Position numbers and translations under genes: made by a program. Shown in pieces: positions 54,282-64,000 of a stretch of 64,000 nucleotides of DNA. Each line of letters opens with the position of its first letter. Position 1 is the stretch's first letter. Under the pieces are notes generated by a model. That model was given only the letters and a program-made list of their open reading frames with translations, searched no databases and was not told where the DNA came from. Source of the DNA: Microcoleus sp. (lineage in GTDB: Bacteria; Cyanobacteriota; Cyanobacteriia; Cyanobacteriales; Microcoleaceae); assembly GCA_042408215.1 (NCBI GenBank), contig JAYFMW010000006.1, positions 672,001 through 736,000 of the forward strand, written 5' to 3'.

Positions 54282-56332
54282 AGCGGCGCTCCTTCTATCC
54301 TGTTATTAATACTGTTGCGGTTAAGTTCTTCAACATTAATCCCAGCCGATTGCACAGTTTCATCTTTTTCCATAAACTCGCGAAAACTGTTGTGATAAAT
54401 GTTGTAACGAATTTCCCCATCGACTTGCTGCTGCCGCAAAAACGAATCCCATTTTCTGAGTACCTGCTGTACTTTAAAATTCGTCTCACCCACCGATTTA
54501 GCAATCCACCCGCGAGAAACAGCCTCACGCGCTTTTGAGAGCACATAAATAATCTTAACCTTCATCTCCAACAGCGGATCGTCATCGCTGCCCATCATCT
54601 GTCCCCAGTGTTTCTTATAATATTCCTCCAAACCCGCTGGCAAATCATTTAAATTCACATCATTGTACGTGCCGTCTTCAATCTCATCAAGTACGTGGCG
54701 GAGATAGATAAATTTCTTTTCGCTTTTTTGGGCTACCGCCGTCACAAACTGTTCCCGCTGCAAATTTCGACCCTTAATCCAATCCTGAATCAACTCGCTT
54801 CTCTCCGTGCGTTTTCCCAGATAAGCCTTGACATCTTCGAGACTTTCTGCATCGTACTGCATCAAATCAAAAACTGTCTTGTTAGCTGCCGGCATTGGCA
54901 GAAATTCCGGTCGCTTCGAGACAATAAAATAAACGTTGTCCGGCAAATCATTAGGCAAATACGAAACATTGCTACCGCTAGTTTGAGCCTTCCAATCAAC
55001 TTCATCCAGCGCATCCACCACAAAAATTATTTTTTTCTCCCTGCTAGACTTAGCGCTAATTTCCTTCAGCAAATCGCCTAGAAAGGTGTTGTTTTTTATG
55101 GCATTTGCCGGCAGTCGCGGATACTTATTTTTAAGGCCAAAACCTTCAATCAACTGAGTGCAAGCATTTTCCAAAAAAGTTTCAGCGCTGACAATCCCGT
55201 CCGGTTGCGAGTTGAAATGAGTAATGCAGCGGCGCTTCAGTATCACCACACAGGCAGCCATAATCGCGCTTTTCCCAACACCCGGTTCCGCCTCCAAAAC
55301 AAAATAGCCTTTTTGCTTTGTCCTCAGAAACTCATTAATTGCTTTAAACACAAATTTCCGACCGGTAAAGTCTTTAATTCTGTCCTGAATAATCGTCTCT
55401 GACTTAACAGGAATCGGCAAACTCGGCGCAGCAGGATCGATATATCTTTCCAGCAATGCCCGAATCTGCGCCAAATCGTCCCGGATCCCAATTTCGATCG
55501 CCTCCAATTTCACCATCACTTGACAAATCTGCTGCTGCGTCGCCACCGCCTCCAATTTTTGCAGAATCTCCCCATTTTGCAGCCCCAAATCTTTGAGTGC
55601 GCCCAAAGCAATTTGGTGCAGATTCAACAGCATCGCCGCAAACTTTTCGCCTCCCTTCGCCGCATCGAGTTTCAGCACTTCGCGGTACGCTTTCGGGAAT
55701 GTTGTATAAAGCTTATTCGCGACAAATTCGACAATTTCTGCATCGAAGGATTTGCGATCGCTGGCGGCGAATTTGTTGACAAAATTTGCCCAATCTTCCG
55801 GTGTCAATCCGGTAACTCGATCGAACTCTTCGGCATCCGCAGAAAAAATCTTGCTTAGCTGGTCTTCTGAAATCTGTAAACCCCTTGACAAGTCGGCTGT
55901 ATCTGTGTTAATATCTAGCCAGTATTGAGGAGTTTGATCGGCTAATTCGTCTAAATGCTGTTCTGGATAAGGCAATTTTTTGGTTTCGGCGATCGCAATT
56001 AATTTATCCGACTTCGCAACCTCTTTCAAAATATAGCCGATCGCCTCACCCGCCGCCTTACTCAAATCGTGATTGTCGAGAATATTCGGATTTTTTGCCA
56101 ACTTTTCCGTCATCCTATTTCCGAGGTCATTCGCCGCCATATTCCCCGCGACACCACCCGCAATTGCTGCTAAGATCGAAATTCCTCCAATTGCGATCGG
56201 ACCACCCATCATCCCCGCTGCTGCTTGTGCTCCCGGATTGGCGATCGCATTTGAAATAAGCTGTCCAACAGCCATTACCGCGCTGCATCCTAAAACCCTA
56301 ATTTTTGTATTAGCTAAATCTACTAACGACAT
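54278..56332 (-). CDS. STAND/NACHT-like ATPase
   Basis: AEPGVGKS, FVVDALDE, LPAGLEEYY, IYHNSFREF; overlaps the WD40 gene by ATGA. Confidence 0.88.
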   Translation of the reverse strand: MSLVDLANTKIRVLGCSAVMAVGQLISNAIANPGAQAAAGMMGGPIAIGGISILAAIAGGVAGNMAANDLGNRMTEKLAKNPNILDNHDLSKAAGEAIGYILKEVAKSDKLIAIAETKKLPYPEQHLDELADQTPQYWLDINTDTADLSRGLQISEDQLSKIFSADAEEFDRVTGLTPEDWANFVNKFAASDRKSFDAEIVEFVANKLYTTFPKAYREVLKLDAAKGGEKFAAMLLNLHQIALGALKDLGLQNGEILQKLEAVATQQQICQVMVKLEAIEIGIRDDLAQIRALLERYIDPAAPSLPIPVKSETIIQDRIKDFTGRKFVFKAINEFLRTKQKGYFVLEAEPGVGKSAIMAACVVILKRRCITHFNSQPDGIVSAETFLENACTQLIEGFGLKNKYPRLPANAIKNNTFLGDLLKEISAKSSREKKIIFVVDALDEVDWKAQTSGSNVSYLPNDLPDNVYFIVSKRPEFLPMPAANKTVFDLMQYDAESLEDVKAYLGKRTERSELIQDWIKGRNLQREQFVTAVAQKSEKKFIYLRHVLDEIEDGTYNDVNLNDLPAGLEEYYKKHWGQMMGSDDDPLLEMKVKIIYVLSKAREAVSRGWIAKSVGETNFKVQQVLRKWDSFLRQQQVDGEIRYNIYHNSFREFMEKDETVQSAGINVEELNRNSINNRIEGAPL

Positions 56333-56430
56333 AATTTAAATACTTTCCATACTTTGCCACAGTTTAGCGCGGTAGAATAATTAAATACAAGGTTAATTAA
56401 TCTCACTTTTTGCAGTATTATTATCGGTTA

Positions 56431-57025
56431 ACAGGCAAGATGCCTGTTCCACAAACACTCACAGGCAAGATGCCTGTTCCACAAACACTCACAGGCAAGA
56501 TGCCTGTTCCACAAACACTCACAGGCAAGATGCCTGTTCCACAAACACTCACAGGCAAGATGCCTGTTCCACAAACACTCACAGGCAAGATGCCTGTTCC
56601 ACAAACACTCACAGGCAAGATGCCTGTTCCACAAACACTCACAGGCAAGATGCCTGTTCCACAAACACTCACAGGCAAGATGCCTGTTCCACAAACACTC
56701 ACAGGCAAGATGCCTGTTCCACAAACACTCACAGGCAAGATGCCTGTTCCACAAACACTCACAGGCAAGATGCCTGTTCCACAAACACTCACAGGCAAGA
56801 TGCCTGTTCCACAAACACTCACAGGCAAGATGCCTGTTCCACAAACACTCACAGGCAAGATGCCTGTTCCACAAACACTCACAGGCAAGATGCCTGTTCC
56901 ACAAACACTCACAGGCAAGATGCCTGTTCCACAAACACTCACAGGCAAGATGCCTGTTCCACAAACACTCACAGGCAAGATGCCTGTTCCACAAACACTC
57001 ACAGGCAAGATGCCTGTTCCACAAA
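56431..57025. repeat. Perfect 30-bp tandem repeat, 19 full copies plus a partial copy
   Basis: ACAGGCAAGATGCCTGTTCCACAAACACTC with the internal palindrome ACAGGC-aagat-GCCTGT. Confidence 0.98.
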
Positions 57026-57359
57026 AATTCAATCTGCTTGTGGGGTGTCCCGCCCGCCCAAAAAACACAATCCCGCCCGCCCCAAAAAACACAATCCGCC
57101 CGCCACCCCACAAAATCCGATTTGTAAAGTTTTTTTTCAACCCGATCGCACAGCTTTTATTTGATAGATAATATGAGGTTATTTATTTTTCGCTCCCCAC
57201 AGCTCGCACTACAAAAAAGTTTACTTTTCTTTACAAAACGTAGATAAAAAACGGCGAGTCAAAGAAAAATTCCCTTGCAGACTTTAAAAGCGCCGCACGA
57301 TCGACTAAAGTGAAAAAAATGGCTTGATCCGTTTATTCATCGCAAAGGAAAAAAAGCTC

Positions 57360-57638
57360 ATGGTTCAACGCGGTTCTAAAGTTCGGATTCTCCGCAAAGA
57401 ATCCTATTGGTATCAAGAATTGGGCACCGTTGCCACGGTAGACCAAAGCGGTATTAAATACGCAGTTATCGTTCGCTTTGACAAAGTAAATTATGCCGGC
57501 GTCAATACCAACAACTTTGCCCTCAGCGAAGTAGTGGAAGTCGAAGCACCCAAAGCTAAAGCCAAAGCACCAGCAGCAGCGCGCAGCACCAGGAGCAAAG
57601 GCCGCCGCCAAGCCAGCAGCATCCAAGCCAGCAGCTAA
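57360..57638 (+). CDS. psaE: Photosystem I subunit IV
   Basis: [18 protein letters not shown]...[18 protein letters not shown]. The Ala/Lys/Pro tail probably has a frameshift near 57580. Confidence 0.95.
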   Translation: MVQRGSKVRILRKESYWYQELGTVATVDQSGIKYAVIVRFDKVNYAGVNTNNFALSEVVEVEAPKAKAKAPAAARSTRSKGRRQASSIQASS

Positions 57639-57699
57639 GCCATAAGGTGACAGCGCTCCTAAATGCTAACCAAATAAGTAAACCCCAAGAGCGCTAATT

Positions 57700-58618
57700 G
57701 TGCCAGAACTGCCAGAAGTTGAAACTATTTGCCTGGGTTTAAATCAAGTGACGCTCGATCGAGAAATTTTGGGCGGAGATGTGCTGTTGGCCAGCTCGAT
57801 CGCCCGCTCAATCTCTGCTACCGATTTTTTGACAAAACTCAAAGGAAAGTCGATCGAACGCTGGTACAGACGCGGCAAATACCTCCTGGCAGAACTATCT
57901 CAATGTAGGGGCGGTGCCCCCGTGGCCCGCCCTTCTCCCCCGGCCCGCCCTTCTCCCCCGGCCCGCCCTCTCCCTTCCGCCTTCAAAAGTTGGCTGGTTG
58001 GCCGTCCACCTGCGGATGACAGGACAACTACTCTGGGTGCATCGCGACGAACCTCTGCAAAAACACGCGCGAGTCAGATTGTTCCTTGAGGGAAACCAAG
58101 AATTGCGCTTTGTAGACCAGCGCACCTTCGGGCAAATGTGGTACGTGCCCCCGGAAACCGAGGTTTCCAGCGTTGTCACTGGCCTCAAAGTATTGGGCCC
58201 AGAACCTTTTTCACCAGATTTTTCAGTCGCATATTTAACCCAAAAGCTCCACCGACGGGCGCGACCAATTAAAACCGCATTGTTAGACCAGTCTCTGGTG
58301 GCGGGTTTGGGCAATATTTACGCTGACGAAACTTTGTTTGTGGCGGGAGTCTTACCCACAACTCTGTGCGCGGATTTGACAGCAGACCAAATTGACCGCA
58401 TCCATTCAGCTATTGTTCAAGTCTTGTCTAAGGCGATCGATTCTGGTGGCACCACTTTTAGCAATTTTCTCAACGTCCAAGGCGTCAACGGCAACTACGG
58501 CGGCGTCGCTTGGGTGTACAATCGCAAAGCCCAACCTTGCCGCACTTGCTCAATCCCGATCGAACGGATCAAATTAGCAGGGCGATCGACTCATTTTTGC
58601 CCCGTTTGTCAGATATAG
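57700..58618 (+). CDS. mutM: Formamidopyrimidine-DNA glycosylase, with a repeat insertion and frameshift at about 57900-57990
   Basis: MPELPEVE and RRGKYL in the first frame; HLRMTG, GLGNIYADE and a C4 zinc finger in the second frame. Confidence 0.92.
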
Positions 58619-58743
58619 GAAGAAGTCAACTGTCAACTGTCAACAGTCAACAGTCAGCAGTCAACAGTCAGAAGTCAGAAGTACCGTTAAAGGCAAATCT
58701 AGATTAAAATTTGTATAGTTTTATAAACAAAACCGAGCAAGTC

Positions 58744-58959
58744 ATGGCAATCAAAAAAGGTAGCATAGTCCGCGCTCTACGCGAAAAATTGGAAAATAGT
58801 TTGGAAGCCAAAGCTAGCGACCAGCGCTTTTCGTCCTATATATTTGACACTAAAGGCGAAGTGCTGGATGTTCGCGGCGACTATGCTTTCGTCAAATTTG
58901 GCAAAGTCCCTACCCCGAATATTTGGCTGCGGGTAGATCAACTCCAAGATTTTAATTAA
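58744..58959 (+). CDS. ndhO: NDH-1 subunit O
   Basis: [24 protein letters not shown]...[12 protein letters not shown]. Confidence 0.93.
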   Translation: MAIKKGSIVRALREKLENSLEAKASDQRFSSYIFDTKGEVLDVRGDYAFVKFGKVPTPNIWLRVDQLQDFN

Positions 58960-59122
58960 CTTTAATTGGTTTTTAACTGGTTTTAACTGGTTTTAACTGG
59001 GAACCGATGTGCAGAGGAAGAGCCTCCCTTGGGAAATTGGAGGCTCTTCCGACCGATCTGCGTTACCAGTCCGAGCCTGGTAACGATTAATCCAAAATCC
59101 AAAATCTCAAATCTAAAATTGC

Positions 59123-60100
59123 ATGACTTCTCCCCATTTCCCATCCCTAAATTCTCCTTCAACCCGCGTTTCAATTATTGGTGCCGGCAAAGTTGGCAGT
59201 ACCTTAGCTCAGCGGATAGCTGAGAAAAATCTGGCCGATGTGGTATTGCTAGATATTCTCGAAGGTTGGCCGCAGGGAATTGCTTTGGATTTGATGCAAG
59301 CAAGAGGATTGGAATGCCACGAACGCCAAATTATCGGTACAAACAACTATGCAGATACGGCTAACTCAAACATCATAGTAATTACTGCCGGCATACCACG
59401 CAAACCAGGTATCAATCGGGAAGATTTAATTAAAATTAATGCTCGAATTGTTACCGAAGCGGCTAAAAAGGCGATCGAACATTCCCCCGAAGCAATCTTA
59501 ATCGTAGTCACAAATCCCCTCGATGTCATGACCTATTTAGCCTGGGAAGCTACCGGCTTACCGAAACACCGAGTTATGGGTATGGCAGGAATTCTCGACT
59601 CATCCCGCTTTCAAACTTTTATTGCAATGGAGTTGGGCGTTTCTTTTGCTCAAGTTAATGCAACTGTCCTCGGTTCTCACGGAGATTTGATGGTTCCTTT
59701 GCCCCGCTATTCCACTGTCAACGGTGTTCCCATCAGTCAACTTATGGATGCTGGGGCGATCGCTCGTTTGGTGCAGCGGACTCGCCACGGCGGCGCAGAA
59801 ATTGTCCAATTGATGAAGACTTCTAGTGCTTATTTTGCACCGGCATCTTCTGTTTGTTTGATGGTAGAATCTATTTTGTTTAACCTGTCGCGGTTGTTAC
59901 CTTGCTGCGTTTATTTGCAAGGCGAATACGGTTTGCAAGATCTCTTTTTTGGAGTTCCCTGCCGCTTGGGATATCAGGGAGTTGAACAGATTTTAGAACT
60001 CGAACTGACTGAGCCGGAACGGACTGATTTTATGGAATCAGGTCAATTAGTGTGGCAAAATATTGAGGAAGCGAGAGCGACACTGAACACTATTTATTAA
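59123..60100 (+). CDS. mdh: Malate dehydrogenase (LDH-like)
   Basis: IIGAGKVG, ITAGIPRKPG, VTNPLD, GSHGD motifs. Confidence 0.93.
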   Translation: MTSPHFPSLNSPSTRVSIIGAGKVGSTLAQRIAEKNLADVVLLDILEGWPQGIALDLMQARGLECHERQIIGTNNYADTANSNIIVITAGIPRKPGINREDLIKINARIVTEAAKKAIEHSPEAILIVVTNPLDVMTYLAWEATGLPKHRVMGMAGILDSSRFQTFIAMELGVSFAQVNATVLGSHGDLMVPLPRYSTVNGVPISQLMDAGAIARLVQRTRHGGAEIVQLMKTSSAYFAPASSVCLMVESILFNLSRLLPCCVYLQGEYGLQDLFFGVPCRLGYQGVEQILELELTEPERTDFMESGQLVWQNIEEARATLNTIY

Positions 60101-61124
60101 GCAATATCATGTGGCATAAAAAGGCGGTCTGCTATCCTTGTCTTTCCACAAGCTGGGGTAGGTTTTAATGTCTTGTATTGACCAATAATTTCAAAGGTGG
60201 TACAAGCCCCCGGATTTATCCGTGGAATCAATCCAAAATCCCAAATCTAAAATCCTCAAGCCCCCGCATTTATACGTGGGGTAAATCTAAAATCTAAAAT
60301 CTAAAATCTAAAATCGATTGACGGATTGATTGATTGTAGCCATCCATCAATTGAGTTTCACTGCGACTCTCATTCGCAGCGCCTATCCCGACCCCGGTCG
60401 GGCGATGCTCGCGGCGCGGTAAAAACTCTGTCATATCAAATCCGGTAGCATCGGAATTATTCATCTTTCTCTTCTCTCCCTCTGCGCCCTCTGCGCCCTC
60501 TGCGGTTAAATCATTCCGATGCAACCGGAAACGATATCAGTCACAGCCAGGGCTGTTATACAACTCAGAACAATGTTAGTCCCAGGCCAGATTTTAGTTA
60601 TACAAAAGATAAATTGGCTGGTGCGGTTGGCACTTATAGCCCGCTGCTGAAAGGCCGATGAATCGAGAATCAGGGAACATTTTCAAACAGGCTGCTCAAT
60701 GTTCATAACTTTTGCTAGGACACTGCAAACAGCAGATGCGATCGCCTCTTCTTCCTCACCACTGCTCGACGGGAGTGGCAATCATAACAGTGTGATAATT
60801 GAAAGAAATGTCGATCGCCAAAAAATGCCAATTTTTAGTAAAATCCCCAAAATATTGACAATTTATACCACACCAAGTCACCGATCGCACAATAAATCAG
60901 TAAATGTACTGAGTTAAAATGAGCGATCGAGGTAGGGACACGGCAATGCCGTGTCCCTACTTAAAAAAATACGGAAATAGAATCTGAGTAGCTGCTAAGT
61001 GCTAGGAGAAGGAACAGAATTTGCCATTTGTGATTCCCATCCAACAGACTCAACTTGCAGCTCTCTCTTGGGATGCCCTCTACTTCCTCATTACCCAACC
61101 ACAAATTAACTAAAAAAATAGCAT

Positions 61125-64000
61125 ATGTTTGATGAATTACTGTATCTAGAAATAACCAACCTGCGCCAGAAGCTAGCTCACCTAGAAAGAGAAATGCAGT
61201 CTCAAACCTGGTTCAAAAAGCTGCAAGCCCTGATGGGAGTTATTGGCAAAATTCGCGAATCCCTAGACTTAGAAACAATATTCAAAACTACAGCAACCGA
61301 AGTTCGGCAACTCCTAAATGCCGATCGCGTCGCTGTTTACCGCTTCCTCCCCTCATCCGAATGGAACGAAGGCGAAGTTGTATCAGAAGATGTACTGCCC
61401 CTATACAGCCCATCCCTAGGAACAAGAGTTCATGACCACTGCTTCGGCGAACAATTTGCAGCCAACTACCAAAAAGGCTACGTTCAAGCTGTCACCGATA
61501 TCTATAAAGCCCGGTTGAGCCCTTGTCACCTCAAAATCCTCAAACGATTTCAAATCCGAGCTAACTTAGTCCTACCCCTGCTGCAAGGACAACACCTGTG
61601 GGGATTGCTTTGCATTCACTCCTGCGGCCAACCCCGCGAATGGCAACCAGACGAAATCGAATTTGCCAAGCAAATATCACAACACCTAGCAATCGCCATC
61701 ACCCAAGCCGAATTGCACTCGCAAACTCAAAAACACCTACAAGAAATCGATCGCACGCAACAACAACTGCGGGAAAGCGAAAAAAGATATCACCAAATTC
61801 TCGACTCGATCGCCGATATGGTATTAGTCAAAGGCCCTGAATCAAAAATCCTCTGGGCTAATCAAGCATTTCGCGACTATTACGGCATGAGTGAAGAGGA
61901 ACTTCAAGGCATTATAGACGCACCTTTCAACATTCCTGACTACACTCTCCAATACATTAAAGATGACACCTTCGTATTTGAAACCGGACAAACTCTGGCA
62001 ATTCCCGAAGAACCGATCGTGCGCCACGATGGAGAAGTGCGACTGTTTAGTACCGTCAAAACACCCATCCGCAACGAAGAAGGAGACATCACAATGACTG
62101 TCGGTGTCTCCCGCGACATGACGGAACGCAAATTAGCAGAAGAATCACTGCAAGCCAGCGAAACCAAATACCGCCGCCTAGTAGAAACCTCCCAAGACAT
62201 GATTTGGTCAGTCGATGCCCAAGGTTGCTATACTTTCGTCAACCCAGCAGTTGAATACATCTACGGTTACGACGCAGCAGAAATGCTCGGTAGGCCCTTT
62301 TCCGACTTTGTGACACCAGAACAACTTCAGAAAGATTTAAAGGTTTTCGCCCGCCTGCTTGCCGGAGAATCAATTTTTCAGCATGAGAGCGCACAAATCG
62401 CTAAAGACGGTAGCATCAAATATCTGATGTTCAATGCGATCGCCCTGTACGACGACACAGGCAATGTCCTCGGCATCACAGGCACGGCTACCGACATTAC
62501 CGATCGCAAACGCGCAGAGTCCGCATTGCAACACGCCAACGCAGAACTAGAGCGCAGAGTAGAAGCACGCACAGCCGAACTGCACGCGACTTTTGCAGCC
62601 CTGGGTGCCAGCGAAAGCCGGTTTAGAACCATTGCGGCTACCATCCCCGGAGCTTTGTTCCAGTTTTGCAACCGTGACGGAGTTTGGCGCATTGACTACA
62701 TGAGCGATCGCATCTTCGAGATCAGCGGTGTCACAGCAGCAGCAATGACGCAAGACATCCATACATTCATTTCCCGCCTCCACCCTGATGACTTCCAAAG
62801 CTACATCGCTTCTGTCACCGAAGCCGTAGACAACCTTTCCCTCTGGCACTACGAAGGGCGATTAGTCAAGCCCGACGGCGCAATTCGCTGGTGGCAGGGC
62901 GACTCAATGCCCACCCGCAGCCAGAACGGCGAAATCGTATTTTGCGGCGTTTTGCTCGACATTACCGATCGCCAAGTCGCCGAAACCGCCATTCGCGAAA
63001 GCCAACGACAGCTACAAGAAGCCCAGAGACTCGCCCACGTCGGCAATTGGGAACTCGATGTCACAACGGGAACCGTCACTTGGTCAGAGGAACTCTTCCG
63101 CATCCACGGACTCGAACCAGCGGCCACAGCACCCACCAGAGAAGAGAATGTCGCTCTGATCCATCCAGAAGATTTGGAATTGTGGGGAACCCAAGTACAG
63201 CGGGGACTCCAAGCAGGCATCCCCTTTGATTTTGACCTCCGCATCCTCCGTCCCGACGGCACGCTGCGACACCTGAACGCCCTGGGCAGAGCTGAAACTG
63301 ATGCCAACGGCAAGGTGGTAAAATTGTTCGGTACTGCGATCGACATTACCGAGCGCAAAAACGCTGAAGCAGCCCTGCGACAAGCAGCAGCCGAGTTGGA
63401 AGGCAGAGTGAGCGATCGCACGGCAGAGTTGTCCCAAGCCGTCGCCCAGTTAGAACAAGAAATCGGCGAGCGCAAAAACGCTGAAGCAGCCGTGCAAATT
63501 TCCGCACAAAACCTGCGAACTATATTTAACAATGTCTACGATGCTATCTTCATTCACGATTTAGAAGGCAACATTCTTGATGTCAATAATCGAATGTTGG
63601 AAATGTACGGAGTTAGCGCCTCCCAAGCAACAAAATTATCAGTTAAAAACGACTATTCCACGGCGGAAAATCCCGTAGAAGAATTCGGAGAAATTTGGCA
63701 AAGGGTAATAGCAGGAGAAACAGCCCGCATTGAATGGAAAGCTAGGCGCCCCCATGACGGTTCAACTTTTGATGCAGAAATTGCCTTGTCTAAAATTAAT
63801 CTCAATGGCAATGTTAGCATCATTGCCAACGTGCGAGATATTAGCGATCGCAAACTTGCAGAAACAGAACTCCAACACGCCCAAAAGTTTATGGAATCCG
63901 TACTCCAAACCATACCCGTAGCAGTAGTTGCCAAAGAAGCAGCAGAATTGCGATTTGTACTGTGGAATCCAGCCGCCGAACAGTTACTCGGTTTCCCCGC
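61125..64000 (+). CDS. Cyanobacteriochrome GAF plus multi-PAS sensor protein (runs off the right edge)
   Basis: Reading frame from the ATG at 61125 is still in phase at the window end. GAF with DHCF and CH motifs, followed by several PAS/PAC repeats ending DITERK/DITDRK. Confidence 0.9.
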   Translation, partial: MFDELLYLEITNLRQKLAHLEREMQSQTWFKKLQALMGVIGKIRESLDLETIFKTTATEVRQLLNADRVAVYRFLPSSEWNEGEVVSEDVLPLYSPSLGTRVHDHCFGEQFAANYQKGYVQAVTDIYKARLSPCHLKILKRFQIRANLVLPLLQGQHLWGLLCIHSCGQPREWQPDEIEFAKQISQHLAIAITQAELHSQTQKHLQEIDRTQQQLRESEKRYHQILDSIADMVLVKGPESKILWANQAFRDYYGMSEEELQGIIDAPFNIPDYTLQYIKDDTFVFETGQTLAIPEEPIVRHDGEVRLFSTVKTPIRNEEGDITMTVGVSRDMTERKLAEESLQASETKYRRLVETSQDMIWSVDAQGCYTFVNPAVEYIYGYDAAEMLGRPFSDFVTPEQLQKDLKVFARLLAGESIFQHESAQIAKDGSIKYLMFNAIALYDDTGNVLGITGTATDITDRKRAESALQHANAELERRVEARTAELHATFAALGASESRFRTIAATIPGALFQFCNRDGVWRIDYMSDRIFEISGVTAAAMTQDIHTFISRLHPDDFQSYIASVTEAVDNLSLWHYEGRLVKPDGAIRWWQGDSMPTRSQNGEIVFCGVLLDITDRQVAETAIRESQRQLQEAQRLAHVGNWELDVTTGTVTWSEELFRIHGLEPAATAPTREENVALIHPEDLELWGTQVQRGLQAGIPFDFDLRILRPDGTLRHLNALGRAETDANGKVVKLFGTAIDITERKNAEAALRQAAAELEGRVSDRTAELSQAVAQLEQEIGERKNAEAAVQISAQNLRTIFNNVYDAIFIHDLEGNILDVNNRMLEMYGVSASQATKLSVKNDYSTAENPVEEFGEIWQRVIAGETARIEWKARRPHDGSTFDAEIALSKINLNGNVSIIANVRDISDRKLAETELQHAQKFMESVLQTIPVAVVAKEAAELRFVLWNPAAEQLLGFP

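Noticed and set aside
56410..57171. 227-253 aa ORFs or a CRISPR call on the 30-bp array
   Set aside because: The frames are open only because the unit lacks stops, and there are no spacers.
61598..63934. Short ORFs at the right end
   Set aside because: They are shadows of the long + strand GAF-PAS gene.

Overview
A 64-kb chromosomal window from a filamentous cyanobacterium. The taxon is inferred from abundant HIP1 GCGATCGC, heptamer STRR tracts, psaE/psaX/ndhO and Oscillatoriales-style palindromic repeats. The left end is the edge of a probable type III-B CRISPR-Cas locus: the first codons of a Cas10/Cmr2-like gene (minus), a divergent WYL regulator, and a 28-repeat array transcribed on the minus strand. 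The most striking observation lies between the WYL gene and the array. The 37 nt directly after the terminal repeat match a site 227 bp away (31/37), with mismatches at guide positions 6, 12 and 18. That site sits in a ~400-nt hairpin-rich non-coding segment, suggesting a built-in guide/target RNA module. The rest of the window holds housekeeping and signalling genes, a solitary CRISPR repeat beside a TA pair, a TnpB-less IS200/IS605 element just upstream of psaX, a defence-like island (TA pairs, NB-ARC protein, TOTE-like TPR-OB/helicase-like pair), a split STAND-WD40 pair, a DXCF cyanobacteriochrome sensor, and many repeats. Several frameshifts may be sequencing errors. All calls come from reading the sequence; no searches or folding programs were run.
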